Source: Octopus sinensis
Lineage: Eukaryota
Direction of reading: 5' to 3'
DNA: 64,000 nt
Assembly: GCF_006345805.1 (NCBI RefSeq)
Contig: NC_042997.1
Coordinates: forward strand, 56,668,001-56,732,000
Part shown: positions 12,201 to 27,000 of the stretch, piece after piece
Numbering within the stretch: the first letter of the stretch is position 1
How the letters are laid out: each line of letters starts with the position of its first letter
The notes under the pieces: generated by a model
The model's database searches: none
Seen by the model: the letters and a program-made list of their open reading frames with translations, nothing else
Told to the model about the DNA's origin: nothing
Position numbers and translations under genes: made by a program

Positions 12201-15200
12201 GCAGACTCTCTTCATTTAGTGTCTAAGCTTCTGTTATGCTATATAACTGTAAAATCACTTGTTTTCTGACAACCCTGCTGTGTGTGTGGAAAACACATGC
12301 TCTTTTCTGCGAAGAAAAAAATTCAGAAAAGTCTTTGTGGAAAAGATTTGGTTTGCCTTTAGTATCTAGAAAGAAACTCCACATTGTTAAAAGAAATAAT
12401 ATTTCTCTGAATGTCATCACTCAAGTTCTTCACTTTTATGAGATCTTCCTCCAGCATTAATTTATAGTTAGTAAAATTTATATATTACTTTCTGCAGTAC
12501 CTTTGAACAGTCAATACAATTACATTGTATCTAAAAGTCTAGTACTTTATTACTCAGCATTCTACACATCTAATATTTCTACTGATAATCAAATTACTAG
12601 TTATAATAAACTCCAATAGCTTACCCAAGTAATTGGGGGTCCATTTTCATGTAAGTGAGGGCATTCCCTAGACTGCAACAGTCCAAGTTGTAGAAGAGCT
12701 TTGGCACTGTTTGAAAACCCCTAGGATTACAAAACAATTTCTTTGTTTTTAAAAATCAAAAATTCAGACTGGTGTTTAAATGGAACATCTCTATTCCACA
12801 AAGTTTATATCTATTTCTAAGCAAGAAGTTGTATGGTCAAGAAGTCTGTTTTGCAACATGTAGTCCCAGGTTTGATTCCCTTGCCCAGCACCTTGGGAAA
12901 GAGTTTCTTACTGTTGCCCAAAGCCTTGTGAGTGAAATTTAGTGGACAGAAATAGTGCAGAAACCTGCGTGTGTGTATGTGTGTGCGTGCCTCTCTCTCT
13001 CGCTCTCACACACATATTCTATGAGATCAATACTAGAAGGGTGAAGATAACAGCATAGTGTTGCAGAACTTTGTTATTGGTAGAAGTTAATCAAAAATAA
13101 ACAAAGGAATTCAAGACAGGATGCCCCTGGGAGCTTCTCTTTGCTGATGACCTTGCTCTAATAGCTGAATCACTATCAGAACTAAGAGGAGAAGTTTCAG
13201 GTGTGGAAGCAAGGATTAGATTCGAAGGGGCCTTAGAGTCAACCTAGCTAAAACCAAAGTCTTAATAAGTAGGAAGACAGACAAACCACAAATCCCTTCA
13301 GGTAGATGGCCCTGTTTGATCTGTAGAAAAGGTGTAGGTAGAAACTCTGTATGATGTACCAAGTCTAAGCTATGGACACATAAGAGGTGCAGCAATATCA
13401 AAGGAAGGCTAGCTGGAAAGATAGTAAGCACCATTCGAGCTTGATCGTTACCAGCATCGCCTTACTGGCACTTGTGCCGGTGGTATGTGAAAAACAACAT
13501 TCGAGCAAGGTCATTGTCAGTGCCACTAGACTGGCTCCTGAGCAGATGGCATGTAAAAAACATCATTTGAGCATAGCTGTTGCCATTATCGTGTAACTGG
13601 CCCTTGTGCTGGTGGCATGTAAAAGCACCCACTACATTCTCAGAGTGGTTGGCATTAGGAAGGGCATCCAGCTGTAGAAATTCTGCCAGATCAGATTGGA
13701 GCCTGGTGCAGCCATCTGGCTCACCAGTCCTCAGTCAAACCGTCCAGCCCATGCCAGCATGGAAAGTGGACGTATGATGATGATGATGATGATGAAACTA
13801 TTTTTTGGCCACTGAAAGGAAATACAACCTTTGGGAAAAAACATTTGCTATCTGAGAAGCATGGAACACCTTGAATTGCTTTGTGCCTAGAAGGCATGTT
13901 AATGTGTTCTGTCAATGTGTTGATGTTGCCCAACCACACTAATTTGTTTAACATTCAGACCACTCTGTCAAAAGTGATGCTTTATTCACACTGCTTTGAA
14001 TTAATTATTCATTATCTTAAAGCTTTGATAGTGTAATTGTTTATTTTTAGAATGACATCATAGGGTAGGTGCAAGAGGCAAGTTCTAGCCAGTTTGAACA
14101 TAGAATAGGTAAAATATTTTGGGCAGCCAGGCAGAAGACTTGCATCAGAAACAGAAGTCTGGTGTTGTTTTTTGTCTGGCTGGCTCTTGTCAAACTGTCC
14201 AACCCATGCCAACATAGAAGGCGGATATTAAATGATGATGAAGTCAGTTTAAATGTTAATGGGTTAATCATTGTTGGAAGGGTTTTTCAAATCTTTCTAT
14301 TCAGAATAGAAAGTATGTTGACATGGTGAGAAATGTTAAGGATACATATGTGGATGAAGTGACAAAGAAAGTATATGTAGAATTAAAGAAATATCTGGTG
14401 AAACCTGGATTAACAGTGTTTTAGAGATCTTGAGTAAAGAGAAGTAATTGAGCAGAAACACCTAATTAGCGTATTACTAAAATATACAAGTATTTAAAAG
14501 AAAATTATTTTAACTAGCAGGACTCGTGAATATTTCATGAAATTAATGGTAAACCTGTTGGGTTATTTCTGAAAACTTTATCCAAAAAACCTGAAAGCAC
14601 ATGGTACCGATCAATGATTACTTAATGCACTTTATATATACACTTTGTATACTTCATGCACAATTTTATGAGCTTAATATTCACTCTTATTTTTCCATTT
14701 TTATCATAAACAAAAACAAAATATCCCGTATATATGATACAACCCTTAGTTAAATTGCATATATCAGCCACATAAATAAGCATAAATATTTCATGGAATT
14801 GCACTTATGCTTGCATTTAAGTGACAGGTGATACAAAAAACTTAATTCAGTTAAAAAAAAACACTTTTCACTATCCAATCACTACTACCACCTCCATCCC
14901 TTCTCTTTGCCTTTCAATAACCTCTCCATCAGAACATCACTCCTCTGCTAGAATTATATTTTTAACTCTCCTCCTCTACCTTCAATTAACTTTTAACCAT
15001 GTAATAAATATTACATTCTCCCTACCTTACATCATAGATGCTTCTCTCTCCCTCTTTCTGTCTCACTCTTTGACTTACCCTCTTTTTTTCTCTCCTTTTT
15101 CTTTCTCCTCTCTTTCCCTTCAACTAATCACGTGAAAACATTACAATTACAGTTCCTTTACCTCACGTCATGGACGCTTCTCTTTCCCTCTTTTTCTCTA

Positions 15201-17713
15201 ATCACATGAAAGCATTACCGACAGGTTAAGTAATGCAATGATAAGCAGAATTGTTATAAGATTAAAGTAACAGAAGAAATTGAGTAAGAAAGTAATGCAA
15301 TTTTTATTTGCATTACTTTCTGGCTCACCCTTGTAATAATGAACAATCATCAAAGTTACTAAACAGTTTAAGACTTTTTATATCTTTATCATGTAAATTT
15401 TTGATATATTTTTTTTTAGAAGAAACAACTTTATTTTGGCCTACGTTATAGCGTATGGTTCCTCTGACGCAAGTTTGAGCATCACCAATGTCATATCGAT
15501 CAATATACGCTGTAGAATCTCTGTTTGGGAAACCTTCAATATTGAAACCTGGTAGGAAATCAAGTTTACGAACTACATCCAGTAAAGTGCCACCTGATTC
15601 AATTTCAATCTCCTGGAATATAAATTGAAAAACAAAGTGTATTGGTTACATGATGTCTTGAAAAAGAATGCAAAATCTAAGAGATATTTAATTTATAAAA
15701 AAAAAAAAATCATTCAAGTTTATTTTTAGTCAAATTGGCAAAATGACAAATATATATATATATATATGACTGTAAATTAACAATTTATTAGAACTAAAGA
15801 AAAAAAATTACAACTTACTTTTCCTTTCTCTAAGTACTTTGCTCCAGCTAACAGATTCAATAAGACGCCTCTAGGAGACCAACTGAAAGATGAATACAAG
15901 AACAAAGTATTAATATGAATATTATCTCACAACACCAGTCTCAAAAAGTCTTCATGTGAACGTGACCTGGGTGTTATTGTCGACAGTGATTTGCGTTGGA
16001 CAAAACACATCGCTAAAATTGTCAAGAAGGCTGAGGGTGTCTTGGCATCACTCACCAAATCCTTTGTGAGCCGCTCTCCGGCTATCTATCTGCGGCTTTA
16101 TATAGCTATGGTAAGACCTCACCTGGAATTTTCATCACCGGTCTGGAACCCCTATCATGCCCAGGATATCAATCGTCTGGAAGCTGTTCAGCGACGTGCA
16201 ACCAAAAGAATACCCTCCATCAAGCATTTGCCATATCCTGAACGCCTTACTTCCCTGGGCATGGACACATTGAAACTCCGACGTCTGGCAGCTGACTTGG
16301 CAGACACCCATAAAATTATCAACCATCGTACAAACAATAACTCTGAGCACCTTTTCAAACTCCACCCATCTAACACCCGTGGACATATTTACAAAGTAAG
16401 AAAACAGCACAGCTCCCATGACTTCAGGAAACATTTTTTCACGCTGAGAGTTGCTGAAGCATGGAACAAACTGCCAGCATCAGTTGTTAGTTGTCGGAGC
16501 ACTGCATCCTTCAAAACTTCCATGCTTTCTGAGATTCGCCAACACTACACCTGATTTTCTCCCCTCCATACACACACAGGCATGTATCTGACTCATACAT
16601 TGTTTGCTTTCCAGACATTTCTACATTACTGCATGTACTTTATATGCACTTTCTGACAAGTTGTGGTGCACCTGAGTACTGTATACAATAATTTCATTAT
16701 TATTATTATATAAAGCTGAAGTTGTCTGTGTGTGGCAGGTTTGGTAGCCTTCAACTAACACTATCTCCTCCGAGTCCCTGTGGCGCAAGTTGACCAAAAT
16801 TGAGAGTATGATAGAAGGCTTGCTCTTCATTCCGTAGAAGATAAAATTCAAATCGGACCATGTTAAGACCAAAAATTATTTACATCAAAAAGGTGCTTTT
16901 TTCCTATGAAAATCTCCGTTTTTTATGATTTTTTTACTGCTGTGTCGCCATTTTTCAGTGTATTTCAATCAGAAAAATGTTCACTTAAAGAGAATAACAA
17001 GCTACATAATGCAAAATTTTTAGTTTTCAAAAATTCCAATTCTAAAGAGTTGAAACAAACCTGAGCAATGCCGGGCGATACTGCTAGTATATGATAAATC
17101 TATCTGATTACACATGCATACAAAATGAACGAGAGTGAGGAAGATCATATCAACAGAGTTTGAAGCTCTCAAGAAATCAATACCAATGGATTGTGTCCGT
17201 AACTAATACTCTTAAATCTGAATCTTTTGAGTTCACCTAGTTCTGCGCAGATGTTCATTTTAGTTCAAGTACAAAACTAATAAAAGAAATACTTGTAAAA
17301 CACAAAGCTGATTCAAACAACCAAATCTCCAAGCCAACAAAAGAACATCTTTAGTTATTAGACTGGCTGAAATAGCAGCTAAATCATCCTCAAGTCACAT
17401 ACTAGCATCTTAGAAAAGAAAGAACACGTTAAATAATAATGAAGTCCTGTATGACCCTAAAGAGATGAATGGTGATGGCAGGAATTTGATCTTAGGTTTG
17501 TTTGATCAGAACCAACTTGCTACAAAGCAACAAATAGATTTTTTTTTTTTGTTTATCTAAAAGATATCAATTAAATTGCAACTTACCTAAATTTGTATCT
17601 AAGTGGACAATCTGAGAATTCAGGAGCTGGTAAACCACCACACCAAGATGTAAAAGAATTAATCTGTAGATCAAAATGAAATATGTAAATATATTCCAAA
17701 GCCAACCAAATTA

Positions 17714-17775
<62 letters not shown>

Positions 17776-17978
17776 TACACACATATATATATATACACAC
17801 ATATATATATACACACATACATATATATATATATATACACACACACACATATATATATATATACACATATATATACATATATGTATACATATATATATAT
17901 CATCATCATCATCATCATCGTTTAGCGTCCGTTTTCCATGCTAGCATGGGTTGGACGGTTCTACTGGGGTCTGTGAGG

Positions 17979-18009
<31 letters not shown>

Positions 18010-21000
18010 TGTCATTTTATTAAATATATATGTGGATGAGTGGTGAGTAACTTGCTTCCCCACCACATGGTCCTGGGTTCAGTCCCACTGCATGGTACCT
18101 TAGGCAAGTGTCTCCTACTATAGCTTTAAGCTGACCAAAGCCTTGTAAGTGGATTTGGTAGATGGGAACTGAAAGAAGCCTGTGTGTGTGTGTCTTTGTC
18201 TACCCCACTGCTTGACAACTGGTGTTGAAGTGTTTATGTCTCCATAACTTAGTGGTTCAGTGACAAAGATCAACGGAATAATTACCAGGCTTTAAAAAAA
18301 TGTCTTAGAATTGATTTGTTTGATTAAATCCCTTCGAGCCAGAGCCCCAGCATGGCCACAGTCAAATGATTGAAACAAGATAAGAGATAAATCTTCCATT
18401 GAATGAAGTGCTTGTCCACCACAGGTAACATGCAAAAATGATCTTAAGTTTGTTAATAAAATGTATACAGTGTGTTTGAACTCAATTTACATGAGTTAAC
18501 AGCACCATAGATAGCTCCTTACATATATATTACATTCTTTACTAATGTTAGGAATAAAGTTTGAGAAAATGTCACAGCCTTACTTTTCCTCCTGCGGTTC
18601 TAACTTCATCAAAACACTCCATAGCAAGCATATGATCAATGCCAGGATCCACTCCAACTTCATTGACGATGGTGACACCAGCATTTACGGCCCTAAAGTA
18701 GACAACAACAACAACAATATCAAATCAAAGATCAGATAAGTCTTCAAAGTTCTCAAATTGAAATATCAAAGTACTTTTTATTTTTGATCTTAGTAGCCAC
18801 TGTTATTTTCTGATTTCCTTCTGAAAGTTTATTTCATCATTGTCTTCTGAGCAATAAGCACCACAATGAACACTGACTTAGGTATTTAAACTAATGAATT
18901 TCTAATTCTTGTGTAGATACAGATATTTATTTCAAATTCTGGCACAAGGCCAGCAACTTCAGGGAGGGGATAAGTTGATTACATCGACCCAAGTGTTCAA
19001 CTGGTACTTATTTTATCGACTCCAAGAGGATCAAAGGCAAAGTTGACCCCAACAGAATTTGAACTCAGACCGTAAAGGCATTTTGCCCAGTGTGCTAACA
19101 ATTCTGCCAGCTCATCATCTTGTTGTGTAGATATTATGAAACTATAATTAATATACAACAGTAAGTTAGTGTTTGCATATTTAATGTGCTGAATAAAAAT
19201 AAGCAAATTAAAATATTTATGCAGTGAGGAAAAGACAATGTTAGTCAATGACAATATTTTAATTATTCCAACAAGTATGAGAGACAATTCCTGGAATATT
19301 TTGGTCTTATAAGACATTCTCAGCAAGCAGTGACTTCATTGCACTTACTGAAGTAGTGATGAGAGAATCGCTAAGTAGGTACAATATTGTACATGAAAAG
19401 CTGCATAAAGTATATTTAAAGAATAAATTACAGGCAGAAATATTCTCCCAGTATTTTTAATTGTCAGTATTTGGTTATATTTATAACAGAATTGTAATGT
19501 ATCTCATGTTCGAAAAAAATGCTTAAAATGTAGAATACTACATGCAAGAAACTTACTCAACTGTAACATACATGACTGTCTTAAAGTTAGTCAGCAGAGA
19601 AGTGGGAAAAAGTCAATCTATACTTTCTTTTAAAATATCAAAATTAGCTTATAAACAATACTTTATTGCTAATAAATGGTAATAAGTCTCATCACAATGC
19701 AAATAAAGAATTTGTTGATGCTGATGATGATATTAACTCATATTAGACTGTAATATCAGTGGCAAATAAATAATTTTTAATCGAGCCATGAAGACACAAA
19801 TTTTGAGAGAAGCAGGTTAGTTGATTACACTGACCCCCTATGCTGATTGGTACTCTTATTTTATGGACCCAAAAGAATGAACACACAATGTAAAGAGTCA
19901 GAATAAATACTGCAAAGCTCTTAAGATTCTACCACTATATCATCCTGTTAGTGGCAAATGATAATAAAGAAAAATATGGTTTGCAGTGCAACATGTTAAA
20001 TGAAGTTTAAATATAAAAGTTTATAATCTCTAAATTTGTCATCAGGCTGCAAAACTTAAATATGAAAATAACCTTTACTTTTCTTGAATACACTAAACTC
20101 AGATACAAAGTACTTGAGCCAATACACATGGAACTCTGATGATATAGGTTGAACAGGAGCCATAAGGGATGCTGAAAGAGGTTCATTTTCTTTCTTGTTC
20201 TTATTTGTTACTTGCATCAAAGGAATAAAGTAGAAATTAGATTCTAATCAATCAAGGTAACTTTCAGGTGATTAAAGTCAGTCTGATGCTGTTTTTTTTA
20301 TGAGAAGGACAAAATGGTGGGGACAAGGTCCAACATGAGAGAACTTTGTCTTTAGTAGCTGTAGTCTGTCACTAGTAACTCATCAAGGTTGAGCAGTTAC
20401 TGAAGATCCAGTGGTTTTGATGTGATGGTAGATAGAATCATCTTGGTAACACAGCTGAGTAATCTCTAAAAATTCAGCTAAAATATCATCATATAGAAAA
20501 TGGATCAAAAGATGTTTGATAGTGAATCAGAGAAAATAAGGTTGATACACAACATACCACAAAGAAATAAAAAAAAAACAAACTATTGTGCCAGCAAAAC
20601 CTAACAGCAATTGTATTGTATTCTTCAAGAGAGTAAGTTGCTCACCTACCTAGTTAGTTAGATACTACATCCACATAATGATTAAGTGGTGTGTGTAAGA
20701 AATAGAATCCCACAGTGAAAAACAACCACTGGTTACGATTTTTAAAAATAGCAAATACAGAATTTCCTAATGCATGTTAGAAGAGAAAAAACAAAAGTTA
20801 AAGCTGTTAAAAACAGTTTTCCAATGCAAGAAAGTATTATGTCAACTAAAGTAGTGTGTATCTTCAACTTCTTGAAATTATAGTTATGTGCAAGTTACAA
20901 TGTTATATTGCAGACTTCCAATCCATACCAGTATGGTAAATAACAAAGCAAAAGAATGGCATAACATGCAATATCAAGAACGATGAAAATAATAATAGTC

Positions 21001-24000
21001 TCAATAATTAGATAGACATGCCGATCCAAACTGAGAAGGGGATCAAGGCAAGCTATCCTGATATAATTATCAAACACTGGAACAAAAATACCTGCACGCT
21101 GATAGACATCGCAATCCCTTCTGACCAAAACATTGTCCGAAAGGAAGTTGAGAAACAAAGTACAAGGATCTCAAAACTGAAATGAACAGCATGTGGGGCA
21201 TAAAAATAAAAACAATACCAATAATAATTAGAGTACTAGGTATGATATTAAAAAAAGAGAATAAAATGAACAAAAAAAATACCCAAGAAAGAAAGCCATA
21301 TGAGGGTTCACAATGTTACAAAGTTTAAAAAAATAGCTCTGCTAGTTATAACCCACATTATACAGAAGACAGTTTCAGTTCCATAGCACGACTCAAGCAA
21401 TACACACTCTGCATACAATATATGCCCTACACAATAATCACTAAATAAAATAACAAAATTCACACAACACACACTATACACAATCAACACCGAATAAAGT
21501 AAAGCAACACACACTTCTATATGACCAAAATCTGACACCTTAACACACACTCTACTACTATTGATCCCATCAACTGCCAGAGGGACAAGCTAGAGGTAGT
21601 AGATAGATTCCATTATCTAGGTGACCAAGTTAGTAGTGGAGGTGGATGCTCCAAAAGTATAGCTGTGAGAATAAGATTAGGTTGGGCAAAGTTCAGAGAG
21701 CTCCTACCCCTGCAGACAACAAAGGGCCTCTTTCTAAGAGTGAAAGGTAGATTGTTTGATGCCTGTGAGTGAACAGCTATGCTACATGGCAGTGAAACAT
21801 GGGCTGTAACAGCTGAGGACATGTGTAGGCTTGAAAGAAATGAAGCCAGTATGCATCGCTGGATGTGCAATGTCAGTGTGCATGTTCGAGAGAGTGTAAG
21901 CATCTTGAGCGAAACGTTAGGCATCAGATAAGGTGTGCAAAAGAGACGACTATGCTGGTATAGTAATGTGATGCGCATGGACGAGGACAGCTGTGTAAAG
22001 AAGTGCCGATTTCTAACTGTGGAGGGAATCTGTGGTAGACCCAGGAAGACATGGAACGAGGTGATGAAACATGATCTTCGAACTTTGAGCCTCACAGAGG
22101 CAATGACTAGTGACCGAGACCTTTGGTAATGTGCTGTGCATGAGAGGACCCAACAAACCAAGAGCACCCATGCTTGAGGCATGTAAAGAATACCTTTTCA
22201 AGCATTGGGCTTTCATGGAGGCAAAGTGGCTGAGTTCCTTTCAAGCATGGGGCCTCACAGAGGCAAGTGAATGATTTCCTTTCGAGTGTTGGGTCACACG
22301 GAGGCAAAGTGTCTGAGTCCCTTTTGAGAGCTGCACCTCACAGAAGCAATGACCAAGACCATTGGCATTATGTTGTACTTCAGAGGAAGACCCATCAAGC
22401 TGAGCAAAATCGCAATTGTGGCAGATACCAGTGTCACACAAATTGGCACCCATGCCAGTGGCACGTAAAAGCACCCTGGTGTCATGCAAATGGCACATAA
22501 AAACACCCATTACACTCTTGGAGTAGTTGGCATTAGGAAGGGCTTCCAGCCAAAGAAAACCATGTCAAATCAGGCTGGAGTCTGGTGCAGCCTTCCAGCA
22601 TGCCTGCCCGGTCAAACCATGCCAGTAAGGACAACGGTCATTAAATGATGATGATGATGTTAACAGAAGTCACAAAATACATATGAAACATAATCACCAT
22701 TCCAACAAAATAACCCAACTAACATTATACATACTCTACATAACAAAAGAAACAAACCCAACAACAGAGCAAAAGTGATGTAGTATACTAACACAAGTCT
22801 AAATCCCAAAAAGTCAACATTGCATGCACCTTAGGAACAAAACAGTACACCTGGTGATGCAGCAGAAACTCACACAAAACTATCGAGATAATAATAATAA
22901 TTGTTTCTAATTTAGTCACAAGACAGCTATTTTGAGTAGAGGTGGTTAGTTGATTTTGACACTATTGTTTGACTGGTACTTTATTTTATTAACCCCCAAA
23001 GGAATGAAAGGCAAAGTGGACTTCAGTGGGATTTGAACTCAGAATGTAAGGAAATAGAACGGAAACTATAAGGCTTTTTCTCTTATGCGCTAGCCATTCT
23101 GCCAATCCACTCCCTTTAATAGTAGTTTCTAAGATAGGCACAATGTCTGAAATTTGAAGAATTAGATTAGTTGGTTGGTATTTATTTTATCAATCCTAGA
23201 AGGATGGAAGGAAAAGTCAACAGTGGTCAGATTTGAACCCAGCAACTCTGAATATGAACTGAGGGAACCATAACGACCTGTACAAATCACGCCAGCAAGG
23301 AAAATGAATATAAAGAGTCAGAATGAAATGTTGTATGGTATTATTATGTTCAGTGCTCTTACGATTTAGCAACTTTATCAGGAGGAAAAGAAAAAGTCAC
23401 TCCTTTCAACAAATGAAACATCTATTGCTGTATGAAAGAAAAATGTAAAGAACACTAAGCCTTTATCTATTGGAACTTTAATACCTCTGTTCAATTTTAA
23501 AATAGTTTGGAGAACACAAAGTATAGTAATACTAACTCTTGATGTAATTCTCTCATGGCCGGGCTCACATAGCTTGCAGTTACCATATTCTTTTGATTGG
23601 CTATACACACTTTGGCAATTTCAGGGTGATATATAAAAGGCAACAAACTGAAATGATAAGAAAATAAGAAACATATAATTGTGTTTTAATGAGTACATGA
23701 ATGTATTAATGAAATAATGAATGAGAGACAGTGTTTATCTATAGACATAATTAACATGTGTATGTAAGTATGAGTGGAAGTCACAGACTGAAAGTGAGAA
23801 CATGTTTGTGTACATGATTCATCATCATCATCATCATTGTCGTCGTTTAATGTCTGCTTTCCATGCTGGCATGGGTTGGACGGTTTGACTGAGGACTGCT
23901 GAGCCAGAAGGCTGCACCAGGCTCAATCTGATCTGGCAAAGTTTCTACAGCTGGATGCCCTTCCTAACGCCAACCACTCCGAGAGTGTAGTGGGAGTTTT

Positions 24001-27000
24001 ATGTGCCACCGACATGAGGGCCAGTCAGGTGGTTCTGGCAACAACCACGCTCAAAAGGTGTTTTTTACGTGCTACCTGCATGGGAGCCAGTCCAGCGGCA
24101 CTGGCAACGACCACGCTCGAACGTTGTTTTTCACGTACCACCGGCGCATGTGCCGGTAAAGCGACACTGGCAACAATCACGCTCAAATGGTGCTTTTTAC
24201 GTGCCACCAGCACGGGAGTCAATCTGTGGCCCTGGCAACGATCACACTTGGATGTGCTTTTAATGTTCCACTGGCACAAGTGCCAATCAAGCAGTACTGT
24301 CATTGGCCACGTCAGTGATTTTGATTTGATTTCACTTAGCATAATAAGAAAAATCATCTTTTCAACCCCACAATTGAAAAATTACCCTGTGATGTTTTTA
24401 GAACTATGTGAATTTAGTCACTGAGAATTAAGTATCTTGGCCAAAGATACATTGTCAGGGATAGGCGGTGAACTACTGACCTCTCAGCTGATAGCCTGCT
24501 AGCTTACCCAAGTGTTCTGTAATGCACAAAAAGGAAATGTGAAAATTTCAAAACCTCACATTTCTAATTTTCCAATCTATTCAATATGGATATGAGAAGA
24601 TACTTTTGAATACACTAATTAAATTGGCTGACTTATTTACAACATTAAAGCATATGTTGTGATCAATGAACACTTTAAATTGGATAAGAAAGAAATACAG
24701 AATACAGAAAACTATGCAATAGCAGTGGTGTTACTAGTTTCTAGCAAATCAAATAATCATGTAGAGTCTCCTTTATTGGATTGTTGTAGTAATAGTAGAA
24801 ACACTTGTAGTAGAGCAGGAATGGCGATAGTAAAGAAATGTCAGCAATCTTACCTGATAACTACATCATGTTCTTGGACAAGGTTTTCCAATTCTTCTCT
24901 GTTCCGATTTATGTCTAAAATAACACAGTCGATGTTAGGATTCAGTTCTGACACTATGTCCAAATCTTCCTTCAGTTGTGAAGCTGCAGAAAAAATATCA
25001 GAAATAAAATATTAAAATGGTATTTAGTTAGAATTATATTCATAGAGTGGAAAACTTATTTATTTTAAGTTTTTCTGGGTTATTCTGGGGCAATGATGTT
25101 TTCTTATTTTATTTTTTTTTTCATTAGTTAATCTGAGAAAGGAAACACCCAGAGTCTTTTCAGGCCCTAAATTAGTGAGGTCAGTGAAGTTGATGTTCAG
25201 CCTGAATTTCTGTAAAACAATATTGGTGGGGTTGTAAGTCTGGGAGGAAAAATAGTGAATGTTGAGAGTACGGTATAAGAGCAAATATTGTATTGAGAAA
25301 ATGCACTCTTAATACAATGTATCAAACCTAAGTTAGAGCTCTCTACACCTGAAGTTCCGGATCAATAAAGTACAAAGAAATAAGTCTCTACTCACCCTAC
25401 CAGAGGGACAAAGTCTAAGTTGCCAGCAGTGGGAATTGAACTCAAAATACACTATATTTATCCATTATATACATCCTCTTACATTTTCAAATTTAAAAAT
25501 TAGTGGCAAGCTTTATGCATGAAAGCTAAATGCAACCTATTTTTTCATGGTCACAAGTGTATGGCCATATTAGGGTTGACAAAACCAGAATTATGTTCTG
25601 TCTATTGCCTATATTAAATGATAATGATAACACATTAACTGTTAATAAAATTTCATACAGTGGTGATCATGTCAATGCAGTTTCCTATTTTATAAACACA
25701 GCAAAACAATTCAGAAGTAAAATATAAAATCCGAAATATGGACAGCAAAATGACAAAATGTAACAGAGTTTCTGTTTATATGCAGCTTTGTACTTCTGGT
25801 TGCATATAAATACCACTACATCAACAAGTGCTTCCTATAATTTTATTTGTGTTTCAATAACTCACAATGATAAGAAATAACAATCGGGTGTTCCAGCTAT
25901 GATTATTGTATTAATGTATTTTTAACATATATATAATCTATATCCTTTAGCATAATGTTCACAAAACATATGATTGACTGCCACAAGTTTTTCTTATTTT
26001 CTCTCTGTTTATTTCCCAAGCACTGGCTTTAGCTAATATGATGTGTGGTAAAATGTTTCGGCAGATGTATTATAAACTAATACATTTGCCTGTTGTTTAT
26101 ACACCTGTCTTTGTCTTCTATAAATTTCAACTATTGCATGATCACAGCTAGAACACCTTTGTGTTATTTCACATTACAGCAGGTTATTAAAACAAGTGAC
26201 ATATGGATAAATTGAATAGATACATGTTCTTGAGGCAGTATATATATATATATACACACACACAAACTGTGTAACTATGTGTGTAGCAGTGTATAAACTG
26301 AAACTAAGAAAAACTTAGAGTTTACTTCTGACTTGAGTTGACATGTTAGTCAAACAGGAAATAACTTTAATCAATGTCCAATTAAATATACCAAAATTTT
26401 GCTCATAATTGCTGATATGACATAATCAGAAAATAAAACTGACATTGGTAGCAATCAAACAAATTTTTTTTGTTTTTGTTTGCATCCATATAGAAATTCA
26501 TGCTACAAAGAGATACTATCAATGTATGGATGAATTGCCTTAAAATGTTTTTACTTACAGAAAATTTAAGGTTCGCTTTATTAAAATTCTAATGCTAGAT
26601 GCTGAATGGTTGATGTTCAAAACAATATTGTGCAATGCTGTACCAACTAAATAATATAAATAAGTATACATTTATTTAAGTACAATGTCATAAACAAAAT
26701 CAAGTTTATCTTCTAAAAAAAACAAAAAGAACTGCAGGATTCCCACAGTGTTGACTTAACACTTTACATACTATATACACTGGTAAAGTTGAAAAGTCAC
26801 TTTTGAATAAGCTTTTTGTTTGATTTGAGACATGTGAACATTTTCAAAGTATTTTGTATGTCTCCTAATATAATAATGAGCATAGTGCTTTTATATATTT
26901 GTATATATATATGTATTTGTCCAGATTCACACCAGACACAAAAGAGGAGAGAAAATAGTAATTCAGTGAAGGAGTAGTGGTGAGAGTAATAACCCTGACT

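Noticed and set aside
23990-24330. Regularly spaced ~55-60 bp repeats that superficially resemble a CRISPR array
   Set aside because: The units are degenerate, lack unique spacers, are embedded in RTE 3' ends, and sit in a eukaryotic genome with no cas genes.
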